Below are positions 26,201 to 40,200 of a DNA stretch of 64,000 bases, piece by piece. The DNA is from the human T2T-CHM13v2.0 reference genome, Homo sapiens, in assembly GCF_009914755.1 (NCBI RefSeq), contig NC_060925.1. One strand, given 5' to 3'. Each line of letters starts with the position of its first letter. Position 1 is the first letter of the stretch. A program made the translations under genes and the position numbers. Below the pieces are notes generated by a model. It searched no databases. It saw nothing but the letters and a program-made list of their open reading frames with translations, and was not told the DNA's origin.

Positions 26201-29200
26201 TAGACAGAATCATTCCCACAAACTGCGTTGTGATGTGTTCGTTCAACTCACAGAGTTTAACCTTTCTGTTCATAGAGCAGTTAGGAAACACTCTGTTTGT
26301 AAAGTCTGCAAGTGGATATTCAGACCTCCTTGAGGCCTTCGTTGGAAACGGGATTTCTTCATATTCTGCTAGACAGAAGAATTCTCAGTAACTTCCTTGT
26401 GTTGTGTGTATTCAACTCACAGAGTGGAACGATCGTTTACACAGGGGCAGACTTGAAACACTCTTTTTGTGGAATTTGCAAGTGGAGATTTCAGCCGCTT
26501 TGAGGTCAATGGTAGAAAAGGAAATATCTTCGTATAAAGACTAGACAGAATGATTCTCAGAAACTCCTTTGTGATGTGAGCGTTCAACTCACAGAGTTTA
26601 ACTTTTCTTTTCATAGAGCAGTTAGGAAACACTCTGTTTGTAAAGTCTGCAAGTGGATATTCAGACCGCTTTGAGGCCTTCGTTGAAAACGGGATTTCTT
26701 CATATTATGCTAGACAGAATAATTCTCAGTAACTTCCTTGTGTTGTGTGTATTCAACTCACAGAGTTGAACGATCCTTTACAGAGAGCAGACTTGAAACA
26801 CTCTTTTTGTGGAATTTGCAAGTGGAGATTTCAGCCGCTTTGAGGTCAAAGGTAGAATAGGAAATATCTTCCTATAGAAACTAGACAGAATGATTCTCAG
26901 AAACTCCTTTGTGATGTGTGCGTTCAACTCACAGAGTTTAACCTTTCTTTTCATAGAGCAGTTAGGAAACACTTTGTTTGTAAAGTCTGCAAGTGGATAT
27001 TCAGACCTCTTTGAGGCCTTCGTTGGAAACGGGATTTCTTCATATTCTGCTAGACAGAAGAATTCTCAGTAACTTCCTTGTGTTGTGTGCATTCAACTCA
27101 CAGAGTTGAACGTTCCCTTAGACAGAGCAGATTTGAAACACTCTATTTGTGCAATTTGCAAGTGTAGATTTCAAGCGCTTTAAGGTCAATGGCAGAAAAG
27201 GAAATATCTTCGTTTCAAAACTAGACAGAATCATTCCCACAAACTGCGTTGTGATGTGTTCGTTCAACTCACAGAGTTTAACCTTTCTGTTCATAGAGCA
27301 GTTAGGAAACACTCTGTTTGTAAAGTCTGTAAGTGGATATTCTGACATCTTGTGGCCTTCGTTGGAAACGGGATTTCTTCATATTCTGCTAGACAGAAGA
27401 ATTCTCAGTAACTTCCTTGTGTTGTGTGTATTCAACTCACAGAGTTGAACGATCCTTTACACAGAGCAGACTTGAAACACTCTTTTTGTGGAATTTGCAA
27501 GTGGAGATTTCAGCCGCTTTGAGGTCAATGGTAGAAAAGGAAATATCTTCGTATAAAGACTAGACAGAATGATTCTCAGAAACTCCTTTGTGATGTGTGC
27601 GTTCAACTCACAGAGTTTAACCTTTCTGTTCATAGAGCAGTTAGGAAACACTCTGTTTGTAAAGTCTGCAAGTGGATATTCAGACCTCCTTGAGGCCTTC
27701 GTTGGAAACGGGATTTCTTCATATTCTGCTAGACAGAAGAATTCTCAGTAACTTCCTTGTGTTGTGTGTATTCAACTCACAGAGTTGAACGATCCTTTAC
27801 ACAGAGCAGACTTGAAACACTCTTTTTGTGGAATTTGCAAGTGGAGATTTCAGCCGCTTTGAGGTCAATGGTAGAAAAGGATATATCTTCGTATAAAGAC
27901 TAGACAGAATGATTCTCAGAAACTCCTTTGTGATGTGTGCGTACAACTCACAGAGTTTAACTTTTCTTTTCATAGAGCAGTTAGGAAACACTCTGTTTGT
28001 AAAGTCTGCAAGTGGATATTCAGACCTCTTTGAGGCCTTCGTTGGAAACGGGATTTCTTCATATTCTGCTAGACAGAAGAATTCTCAGTAACTTCCTTGT
28101 GTTGTGTGTATTCAACTCACAGAGTTGAACGATCCTTTACACAGAGCAGACTTGAAACACTCTTTTTGTGGAATTTGCAAGTGGAGATTTCAGCCGCTTT
28201 GAGGTCAATGGTAGAATAGGAAATATCTTCCTATAGAAACTAGACAGAATGATTCTCATAATCTCCTTTGTGATGTGTCCGTTCAACTCACAGAGTTTAA
28301 CCTTCCTTTTCATAGAGCAGTTAGGAAACACTCTGTTTGTAAAGTCTGCAAGTGGATATTCAGACCTCCTTGAGGCCTTCGTTGGAAACGGGATTTCTTC
28401 ATATTCTGCTAGACAGAAGAATTCTCAGTAACTTCCTTGTGTTGTGTGTATTCAACTCACAGAGTTGAACGATCCTTTACACAGAGCAGACTTGAAACAC
28501 TCTTTTTGTAGAATTTCCAAGTGGAGATTTCAGCCGCTTTGAGGTCAATAGTGGAAAAGGAAATATCTTCGTAGAAAAACTAGACAGAATTATTCTCAGA
28601 AACTCCTTTGTGATGTGTGTGTTCAACTCACAGAGTTTAACCTTTCTTTTCATAGAGCAGTTAGTAAACACTCTGTTTATAAAGTCTGCAAGTGGATATT
28701 CAGACCCCTTTGAGGCCTTCGTTGGAAAAGGGATTTCTTCATATTATGCTAGACAGAAGAATTCTCAGTAACTTCCTTGTGTTGTGTGTATTCAACTCAC
28801 AGAGTTGAACGATCCTTTACAGAGAGTAGACTTGAAACACTCTTTTTTTGGAATTTGCAAGTGGAGATTTCAGCCGCTTTGAGGTCAATGGTAGAATAGG
28901 AAATATCTTCCTATAGAAACTAGACAGAATGATTCTCATAAACTCCTTTGTGATGTGTGCGTTCAACTCACAGAGTTTAACCTTTCTTTTCATACAGCAG
29001 TTAGGAAACACTCTGTTTGTAAAGTCTGCAAGTGGATATTCAGACCTCTTTGAGGCCTTCGTTGGAAACGGGATTTCTTCATATTCTGCTAGACAGAAGA
29101 ATTCTCAGTAACTTCCTTGTGTTGTGTGTATTCAACTGACAGAGTTGAACTTTCATTTAGAGAGAGCAGATTTGAAACACTGTTTTTGTGGAATTTGCAA

Positions 29201-31726
29201 GTGGAGATTTCAAGCGCTTTGGGGCCAAAGACAGAAAAGGAAATATCTTCGTATAAAAACTAGACAGAATCATTCTCAGAAACTGCTGCGTGATGTGTGC
29301 GTTCAACTATCAGAGTTTAACTTTTCTTTTCATTCAGCGGTTTGGAAACACTCTGTTTGTAAAGTCTGCACGTGGATATTTTGACCACTTAGAGGCCTTC
29401 GTTGGAAACGGGTTTTTTGCATGTAAGGCTAAACAGAAGAATTCCCAGTAACTTCCTTGTGTTGTGTGCATTCAACTCACAGAATTGAACGTTCCCTTAG
29501 ACAGAGCAGATTTGAAACACTCTATTTGTGCAATTTGCAAGTGTAGATTTCAAGCGCTTTAAGGTCAATGGCAGAAAAGGAAATATCTTCGTTTCAAAAC
29601 TAGACAGAATCATTCCCACAAACTGCGTTGTGATGTCTTCGTTCAACTCACAGAGTTTAACCTTTCTGTTCATGGAGCAGTTAGGAAACACTCTGTTTGT
29701 AAAGTCTGTAAGTGGATATTCTGACATCTTGTGGCCTTCGTTGGAAACGGGATTTCTTCATATTCTGCTAGACGGAAGAATTCTCAGTAACTTCCTTGTG
29801 TTGTGTGTATTCAACTCACAGAGTTGAACGATCCTTTACACAGAGCAGACTTGAAACACTCTTTTTGTGGAATTTGCAAGTGGAGATTTCAGCCGCTTTG
29901 AGGTCAATGGTAGAAAAGTAAATATCTTCGTATAAAAACTAGACAGAATGATTCTCAGAAACTCCTTTGTGATGTGTGCGTTCAACTCACAGAGTTTAAC
30001 TTTTCTTTTCATAGAGCAGTTAGGAAACACTCTGTTTGTAAAGTCTGCAAGTGGATATTCAGACCTCTTTGAGGCCTTCGTTGGAAACGGGATTTCTTCA
30101 TATTATGCTAGACAGAATAATTCTCAGTAACTTCCTTGTGTTGTGTGTATTCAACTCACAGAGTTGAACGATCCATTACAGAGAGCAGACTTGAAACACT
30201 CTTTTTGTGGAATTTGCAAGTGGAGATTTCAGCCGCTTTGAGGTCAATGGTAGAATAGGAAATATCTTCCTATAGAAACTAGACAGAATGATTCTCAGAA
30301 ACTCCTTTGTGATGTGTGCGTTCAACTCACAGAGTTTAACCTTTCTTTTCATAGAGCAGTTAGGAAACACTCTGTTTGTAAAGTCTGCAAGTGGATATTC
30401 AGACCTCTTTGAGGCCTTCGTTGGAAACGGGATTTCTTCATATTCTGCTAGACAGAAGAATTCTCAGTAACTTCCTTGTGTTGTGTGTATTCAACTGACA
30501 GAGTTGAACTTTCATTTAGAGAGAGCAGATTTGAAACACTGTTTTTGTGGAATTTGCAAGTGGAGATTTCAAGCGCTTTGGGGCCAAAGGCAGAAAAGGA
30601 AATATCTTCGTATAAAAACTAGACAGAATCATTCTTAGAAACTGCTGCGTGATGTGTGCGTTCAACTCTCAGAGTTTAACTTTTCTTTTCATTCAGCGGT
30701 TTGGAAACACTCTGTTTGTAATGTCTGCACGTGGATATTTTGACCACTTAGAGGCCTTCGTTGGAAACGGGTTTTTTGCATGTAAGGCTAGACAGAAGAA
30801 TTCCCAGTAACTTCCTTGTGTTGTGTGCATTCAACTCACAGAGTTGAACGTTCCCTTAGAGAGAGCAGATTTGAAACACTCTATTTGTGCAATTTGCAAG
30901 TGTAGATTTCAAGCGCTTTAAGGTCAATGGCAGAAAAGGAAATATCTTCGTTTCAAAACTAGACAGAATCATTCCCACAAACTGCGTTGTGATGTGTTCG
31001 TTCAACTCACAGAGTTTAACCTTTCTGTTCATAGAGCAGTTAGGAAACACTCTGTTTGTAAAGTCTGTAAGTGGATATTCTGACATCTTATGGCCTTCGT
31101 TGGAAACGGGATTTCTTCATATTCTGCTAGACAGAAGAATTCTCAGTAACTTCCTTGTGTTGTGTGTATTCAACTCACAGAGTTGAACGATCCTTTACAC
31201 AGAGCAGACTTGAAACACTCTTTTTGTGGAATTTGCAAGTGGAGATTTCAGCCGCTTTGAGGTCAATGGTAGAAAAGGAAATATCTTCGTATAAAGACTA
31301 GACAGAATGATTCTCAGAAACTCCTTTGTGATGTGTGCGATCAACTCACAGAGTTTAACCTTTCTTTTCATAGAGCAGTTAGGAAACACTCTGTTTGTAA
31401 AGTCTGCAAGTGGATATTCAGACCTCCTTGAGGCCTTCTTTGGAAACGGGATTTCTTCATATTCTGCTAGACAGAAGAATTCTCAGTAATTTCCTTGTGT
31501 TGTGTGTATTCAACTCACAGAGTTGAACGATCCTTTACACAGAGCAGACTTGAAACACTCTTTTTGTGGAATTTGCAAGTGGAGATTTCAGCCGCTTTGA
31601 GGTCAATGGTAGAAAAGGAAATATCTTCGTATAAAGACTAGACAGAAAGATTCTCAGAAACTCCTTTGTGATGTGTGCGTTCAACTCACAGAGTTTAAAT
31701 TTTCTTTTCATAGAGCAGTTAGGAAA

Positions 31727-31742
31727 CACTCTGGAAACGGGA
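31727..31742 (+). other. 49-bp deletion junction (copy 2)
   Basis: Same junction, cactctggaaacggga, at +8446. Confidence 0.95.
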
Positions 31743-34202
31743 TTTCTTCATATTATGCTATACAGAATAATTCTCAGTAACTTCCTTGTGTTGTGTGTAT
31801 TCAACTCACAGAGTTGTACGATCCTTTACACAGAGCAGACTTGAAACACTCTTTTTGTGGAATTTGCAAGTGGAGATTTCAGCCGCTTTGAGGTGAATGG
31901 TAGAAAAGGAAACTATCTTCGTATAAAGACTAGACAGAATGATTCTCAGAAAATCCTTTGTGATGTGTGCGTTCAACTCACAGAGTTTAACTTTTCTTTT
32001 CATATAGCAGTTAGGAAACACTTTGTTTGTAAAGTCTGCAAGTGGATATTCAGACCTCTTTGAGGCCTTCGTTGGAAACGGGATTTCTTCATATTCTGCT
32101 AGACAGAAGAATTCTCAGTAACTTCCTTGTGTTGTGTGTATTCAACTCACAGAGTTGAACGATCCTTTACACAGAGCAGACTTGAAACACTCTTTTTGTG
32201 GAATTTGCAAGTGGAGATTTCAGCCGCTTTGAGGTCAATTGTAGAAAAGGAAATATCTTCGTATAAAGACTAGACAGAATGATTCTCAGAAACTCCTTTG
32301 TGATGTGTGCGTTCAACTCACAGAGTTTAACTTTTCTTTTCATAGAGCAGTTAGGAAACACTCTGTAATGTCTGCAAGTGGATATTCAGACCTCTTTGAG
32401 GCCTTCGTTGGAAACGGGATTTCTTCATATTATGCTAGACAGAATAATTCTCAGTAACTTCCTTGTGTTGTGTGCATTCAACTCACAGAGTTGAACGATC
32501 CTTTACAGAGAGCAGACTTGAAACACTCTTTTTGTGGAATTTGCAAGTGGAGATTTCAGCCGCTTTGAGGTCAATTGTAGAATAGGAAATATCTTCCTAC
32601 AGAAACTAGACAGAATGATTCTCATAAACTCCTTTGTGATGTGTGCGTTCAACTCACAGAGTTTAACCTTTCTTTTCATAGAGCAGTTAGGAAACACTCT
32701 GTTTGTAAAGTCTGCAAGTGGATATTCAGACCCCTTTGAGGCCTTCGTTGAAAACGGGATTTCTTCATATTCTGCTAGACAGAAGAATTCTCAGTAACTT
32801 CCTTGTGTTGTGTGTATTCAACTGACAGAGTTGAACTTTCATTTAGATAGAGCAGATTTGAAACACTGTTTTTGTGGAATTTGCAGGTGGAGATTTCAAG
32901 CGCTTTGGGGCCAAAGGCAGAAAAGGAAATATCTTCGTATAAAAACTAGACAGAATCATTCTCAGAAACTGCTGCGTGATGTGTGCGTTCAACTCTCAGA
33001 GTTTAACTTTCTTTTCATTCAGCGGTTTGGAAACACTCTGTTTGTAAAGTCTGCACGTGGATATTTTGACCACTTAGAGGCCTTCGTTGGAAACGGGTTT
33101 TTTTCATGTAAGGCTAGACAGAAGAATTCCCAGTAACTTCCTTGTGTTGTGTGCATTCAACTCACAGAGTTGAACGTTCCCTTAGACAGAGCAGATTTGA
33201 AACACTCTATTTGTGCAATTTGCAAGTGTAGATTTCAAGCGCTTTAAGGTCAATGGCAGAAAAGGAAATATCTTCGTTTCAAAACTAGACAGAATCATTC
33301 CCACAAACTGCGTTGTGATGTGTTCGTTCAACTCACAGAGTTTAACCTTTCTGTTCATAGAGCAGTTAGGAAACACTCTGTTTGTAAAGTCTGTAAGTGG
33401 ATATTCTGACCTCCTTGAGGGCTTCGTTGGAAACGGGATTTCTTCATATTCTGCTAGACAGAAGAATTCTCAGTAACTTCCTTGTGTTGTGTGTATTCAA
33501 CTCACAGAGTTGAACGATCCTTTACACAGAGCAGACTTGAAACACTCTTTTTGTGGAATTTGCAAGTGGAGATTTCAGCCGCTTTGAGGTCAATGGTAGA
33601 AAAGGAAACTATCTTCGTATAAAGACTAGACAGAATGATTCTCAGAAAATCCTTTGTGATGTGTGCGTTCAACACACAGAGTTTAACTTTTCTTTTCTTA
33701 GAGCAGTTAGGAAACAGTCTGTTTGTAAAGTCTGCAAGTGGATATTCAGACCTCTTTGAGGCCTTCGTTGGAAACGGGATTTCTTCATATTCTGCTAGAC
33801 AGAAGAATTCTCAGTAACTTCCTTGTGTTGTGTGTATTCAACTCACAGAGTTGAACGATCCTTTACACAGAGCAGACTTGAAACACTCTTTTTGTGGAAT
33901 TTGCAAGTGGAGATTTCAGCCGCTTTGAGGTCAATGGTAGAATAGGAAATATCTTCCTATAGAAACTAGACAGAATGATTCTCATAATCTCCTTTGTGAT
34001 GTGTCCGTTCAACTCACAGAGTTTAACCTTCCTTTTCATAGAGCAGTTAGGAAACACTCTGTTTGTAAAGTCTGCAAGTGGATATTCAGACCTCTTTGAG
34101 GCCTTCGTTGGAAACGGGATTTCTTCATATTATGCTAGACAGAATAATTCTCAGTAACTTCCTTGTGTTGTGTGTATTCAACTGACAGAGTTGAACTTTC
34201 AT

Positions 34203-37200
34203 TTAGAGAGAGCAGATTTGAAACACTGTTTTTGTGGAATTTGCAAGTGGAGATTTCAAGCGCTTTGGGGCCAAAGACAGAAAAGGAAATATCTTCGTAT
34301 AAAAACTAGACAGAATCATTCTCAGAAACTGCTGCGTGATGTGTGCGTTCAACTCTCAGAGTTTAACTTTTCTTTTCATTCAGCCGTTTGGAAACACTCT
34401 GTTTGTAAAGTCTGCACGTGGATATTTTGACCACTTAGAGGCCTTCGTTGGAAACGGGTTTTTTGCATGTAAGGCTAAACAGAAGAATTCCCAGTAACTT
34501 CCTTGTGTTGTGTGCATTCAACTCACAGAGTTGAACGTTCACTTAGACAGAGCAGATTTGAAACACTCTATTTGTGCAATTTGCAAGTGTAGATTTCAAG
34601 CGCTTTAAGGTCAATGGCAGAAAAGGAAATATCTTCGTTTCAAAACTAGACAGAATCATTCCCACAAACTGCGTTGTGATGTCTTCGTTCAACTCACAGA
34701 GTTTAACCTTTCTGTTCATGGAGCAGTTAGGAAACACTCTGTTTGTAAAGTCTGTAAGTGGATATTCTGACATCTTGTGGCCTTCGTTGGAAACGGGATT
34801 TCTTCATATTCTGCTAGACGGAAGAATTCTCAGTAACTTCCTTGTGTTGTGTGTATTCAACTCACAGAGTTGAACGATCCTTTACACAGAGCAGACTTGA
34901 AACACTCTTTTTGTGGAATTTGCAAGTGGAGATTTCAGCCGCTTTGAGGTCAATGGTAGAAAAGTAAATATCTTCGTATAAAAACTAGACAGAATGATTC
35001 TCAGAAACTCCTTTGTGATGTGTGCGTTCAACTCACAGAGTTTAACTTTTCTTTTCATAGAGCAGTTAGGAAACACTCTGTTTGTAAAGTCTGCAAGTGG
35101 ATATTCAGACCTCTTTGAGGCCTTCGTTGGAAACGGGATTTCTTCATATTATGCTAGACAGAATAATTCTCAGTAACTTCCTTGTGTTGTGTGTATTCAA
35201 CTGACAGAGTTGAACTTTCATTTAGAGAGAGCAGATTTGAAACACTGTTTTTGTGGAATTTGCAAGTGTAGATTTCAAGCGCTTTGGGGCCAAAGGCAGA
35301 AAAGGAAATATCTACGTATAAAAACTAGACAGAATCATTCTCAGAAACTGCTGCGTGATGTGTGCGTTCAACTCTCAGAGTTTAACTTTTCTTTTCATTC
35401 AGCGGTTTGGAAACACTCTGTTTGTAATGTCTGCACGTGGATATTTTGACCACTTAGAGGCCGTCGTTGGAAACGGTTTTTTTGCATGTAAGGCTAGACA
35501 GAAGAATTCCCAGTAACTTCCTTGTGTTGTGTGCATTCAACTCACAGAGTTGAACGTTCCCTTAGACAGAGCAGATTTGAAACACTCTATTTGTGCAATT
35601 TGCAAGTGTAGATTTCAAGCGCTTTAAGGTCAATGGCAGAAAAGGAAATATCTTCGTTTCAAAACTAGACAGAATCATTCCCACAAACTGCGTTGTGATG
35701 TGTTCGTTCAACTCACAGAGTTTAACCTTTCTGTTCATAGAGCAGTTAGGAAACACTCTGTTTGTAAAGTCTGCAAGTGGATATTCAGACCTCCTTGAGG
35801 CCTTCGTTGGAAACGGGATTTCTTCATATTCTGCTAGACAGAAGAATTCTCAGTAACTTCCTTGTGTTGTGTGTATTCAACTCACAGAGTGGAACGATCG
35901 TTTACACAGGGGCAGACTTGAAACACTCTTTTTGTGGAATTTGCAAGTGGAGATTTCAGCCGCTTTGAGGTCAATGGTAGAAAAGGAAATATCTTCGTAT
36001 AAAGACTAGACAGAATGATTCTCAGAAACTCCTTTGTGATGTGAGCGTTCAACTCACAGAGTTTAACTTTTCTTTTCATAGAGCAGTTAGGAAACACTCT
36101 GTTTGTAAAGTCTGCAAGTGGATATTCAGACCGCTTTGAGGCCTTCGTTGAAAACGGGATTTCTTCATATTATGCTAGACAGAATAATTCTCAGTAACTT
36201 CCTTGTGTTGTGTGTATTCAACTCACAGAGTTGAACGATCCTTTACAGAGAGCAGACTTGAAACACTCTTTTTGTGGAATTTGCAAGTGGAGATTTCAGC
36301 CGCTTTGAGGTCAAAGGTAGAATAGGAAATATCTTCCTATAGAAACTAGACAGAATGATTCTCAGAAACTCCTTTGTGATGTGTGCGTTCAACTCACAGA
36401 GTTTAACCTTTCTTTTCATAGAGCAGTTAGGAAACACTTTGTTTGTAAAGTCTGCAAGTGGATATTCAGACCTCTTTGAGGCCTTCGTTGGAAACGGGAT
36501 TTCTTCATATTCTGCTAGACAGAAGAATTCTCAGTAACTTCCTTGTGTTGTGTGCATTCAACTCACAGAGTTGAACGTTCCCTTAGACAGAGCAGATTTG
36601 AAACACTCTATTTGTGCAATTTGCAAGTGTAGATTTCAAGCGCTTTAAGGTCAATGGCAGAAAAGGAAATATCTTCGTTTCAAAACTAGACAGAATCATT
36701 CCCACAAACTGCGTTGTGATGTGTTCGTTCAACTCACAGAGTTTAACCTTTCTGTTCATAGAGCAGTTAGGAAACACTCTGTTTGTAAAGTCTGTAAGTG
36801 GATATTCTGACATCTTGTGGCCTTCGTTGGAAACGGGATTTCTTCATATTCTGCTAGACAGAAGAATTCTCAGTAACTTCCTTGTGTTGTGTGTATTCAA
36901 CTCACAGAGTTGAACGATCCTTTACACAGAGCATACTTGAAACACTCTTTTTGTGGAATTTGCAAGTGGAGATTTCAGCCGCTTTGAGGTCAATGGTAGA
37001 AAAGGAAATATCTTCGTATAAAGACTAGACAGAATGATTCTCAGAAACTCCTTTGTGATGTGTGCGTTCAACTCACAGAGTTTAACCTTTCTGTTCATAG
37101 AGCAGTTAGGAAACACTCTGTTTGTAAAGTCTGCAAGTGGATATTCAGACCTCCTTGAGGCCTTCGTTGGAAACGGGATTTCTTCATATTCTGCTAGACA

Positions 37201-40200
37201 GAAGAATTCTCAGTAACTTCCTTGTGTTGTGTGTATTCAACTCACAGAGTTGAACGATCCTTTACACAGAGCAGACTTGAAACACTCTTTTTGTGGAATT
37301 TGCAAGTGGAGATTTCAGCCGCTTTGGGGTCAGTGGTAGAAAAGGATATATCTTCGTATAAAGACTACACAGAATGATTCTCAGAAACTCCTTTGTGATG
37401 TGTGCGTACAACTCACAGAGTTTAACTTTTCTTTTCATAGAGCAGTTAGGAAACACTCTGTTTGTAAAGTCTGCAAGTGGATATTCAGACCTCTTTGAGG
37501 CCTTCGTTGGAAACGGGATTTCTTCATATTCTGCTAGACAGAAGAATTCTCAGTAACTTCCTTGTGTTGTGTGTATTCAACTCACAGAGTTGAACGATCC
37601 TTTACACAGAGCAGACTTGAAACACTCTTTTTGTGGAATTTGCAAGTGGAGATTTCAGCCGCTTTGAGGTCAATGGTAGAATAGGAAATATCTTCCTATA
37701 GAAACTAGACAGAATGATTCTCATAATCTCCTTTGTGATGTGTCCGTTCAACTCACAGAGTTTAACCTTCCTTTTCATAGAGCAGTTAGGAAACACTCTG
37801 TTTGTAAAGTCTGCAAGTGGATATTCAGACCTCCTTGAGGCCTTCGTTGGAAACGGGATTTCTTCATATTCTGCTAGACAGAAGAATTCTCAGTAACTTC
37901 CTTGTGTTGTGTTTATTCAACTCACAGAGTTGAACGATCCTTTACACAGAGCAGACTTGAAACACTCTTTTTGTGGAATTTGCAAGTGGAGATTTCAGCC
38001 GCTTTGAGGTCAATGGTAGAAAAGGAAACTATCTTCGTATAAAGACTAGACAGAATGATTCTCAGAAAATCCTTTGTGATGTGTGCGTTCAACTCACAGA
38101 GTTTAACTTTTCTTTTCATAGAGCAGTTAGGAAACACTCTGTTTGTAACGTCTGCAAGTGGATATTCAGACCTCTTTGAGGCCTTCGTTGGAAAAGGGAT
38201 TTCTTCATATTATGCTAGACAGAAGAATTCTCAGTAACTTCCTTGTGTTGTGTGTATTCAACTCACAGAGTTGAACTATCCTTTACAGAGAGCAGACTTG
38301 AAACACTCTTTTTGTGGAATTTGCAAGTGGAGATTTCAGCCGCTTTGAGGTCAATGGTAGAATAGGAAATATCTTCCTATAGAAACTAGACAGAATGATT
38401 CTCAGAAACTCCTTTGTGATGTGTGCGTTCAACTCACAGAGTTTAACCTTTCTTTTCATAGAGCAGTTAGGAAACACTCTGTTTGTAATGTCTGCAAGTG
38501 GATATTCAGACCTCTTTGAGGCCTTCGTTGGAATCTGTATTTCTTCATATTCTGCTACACAGAAGAATTCTCAGTAACTTCCTTGTGTTGTGTGTATTCA
38601 ACTCACAGAGTTGAACGATCCTTTACACAGAGCAGACTTGAAACACTCTTTTTGTAGAATTTCCAAGTGGAGATTTCAGCCGCTTTGAGGTCAATAGTGG
38701 AAAAGGAAATATCTTCGCAGAAAAACTAGACAGAATTATTCTCAGAAACTCCTTTGTGATGTGTGTGTTCAACTCACAGAGTTTAACCTTTCTTTTCATA
38801 GAGCAGTTAGTAAACACTCTGTTTATAAAGTCTGCAAGTGGATATTCAGACCCCTTTGAGGCCTTCGTTGGAAAAGGGTTTTCTTCATATTATGCTAGAC
38901 AGAAGAATTCTCAGTAACTTCCTTGTGTTGTGTATTCAACTCACAGAGTTGAACGATCCTTTACAGAGAGCAGACTTGAAACACTCTTTTTGTGGAATTT
39001 GCAAGTGGAGATTTCAGCCGCTTTGAGGTCAATGGTAGAATAGGAAATATCTTCCTATAGAAACTAGACAGAATGATTCTCATAAACTCCTTTGTGATGT
39101 GTGCGTTCAACTCACAGAGTTTAACCTTTCTTTTCATACAGCAGTTAGGAAACACTCTGTTTGTAAAGTCTGCAAGTGGATATTCAGACCTCTTTGAGGC
39201 CTTCGTGGGAAACGGGATTTCTTCATATTCTGCTAGACAGAAGAATTCTCAGTAACTTCCTTGTGTTGTGTGTATTCAACTGACAGAGTTGAACTTTCAT
39301 TTAGAGAGAGCAGATTTGAAACACTGTTTTTGTGGAATTTGCAAGTGGAGATTTCAAGCGCTTTGGGGCCAAAGACAGAAAAGGAAATATCTTCGTATAA
39401 AAACTAGACAGAATCATTCTCAGAAACTGCTGCGTGATGTGTGCGTTCAACTCTCAGAGTTTAACTTTTCTTTTCATTCAGCCGTTTGGAAACACTCTGT
39501 TTGTAAAGTCTGCACGTGGATATTTTGACCACTTAGAGGCCTTCGTTGGAAACGGGTTTTTTGCATGTAAGGCTAAACAGAAGAATTCCCAGTAACTTCC
39601 TTGTGTTGTGTGCATTCAACTCACAGAGTTGAACGTTCACTTAGACAGAGCAGATTTGAAACACTCTATTTGTGCAATTTGCAAGTGTAGATTTCAAGCG
39701 CTTTAAGGTCAATGGCAGAAAAGGAAATATCTTCGTTTCAAAACTAGACAGAATCATTCCCACAAACTGCGTTGTGATGTGTTCGTTCAACTCACAGAGT
39801 TTAACCTTTCTGTTCATGGAGCAGTTAGGAAACACTCTGTTTGTAAAGTCTGTAAGTGGATATTCTGACATCTTGTGGCCTTCGTTGGAAACGGGATTTC
39901 TTCATATTCTGCTAGACGGAAGAATTCTCAGTAACTTCCTTGTGTTGTGTGTATTCAACTCACAGAGTTGAACGATCCTTTACACAGAGCAGACTTGAAA
40001 CACTCTTTTTGTGGAATTTGCAAGTGGAGATTTCAGCCGCTTTGAGGTCAATGGTAGAAAAGTAAATATCTTCGTATAAAAACTAGACAGAATGATTCTC
40101 AGAAACTCCTTTGTGATGTGTGCGTTCAACTCACAGAGTTTAACTTTTCTTTTCATAGAGCAGTTAGGAAACACTCTGTTTGTAAAGTCTGCAAGTGGAT

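Larger units (their letters stand above)
17567..34458 (+). repeat. Tandem duplication of an 8446-bp (25-dimer) unit
   Basis: The ORF series 17651..25724 repeats at 26097..34170 with a constant +8446 offset, including the 49-bp, 4-bp and 1-bp deletions. Confidence 0.95.
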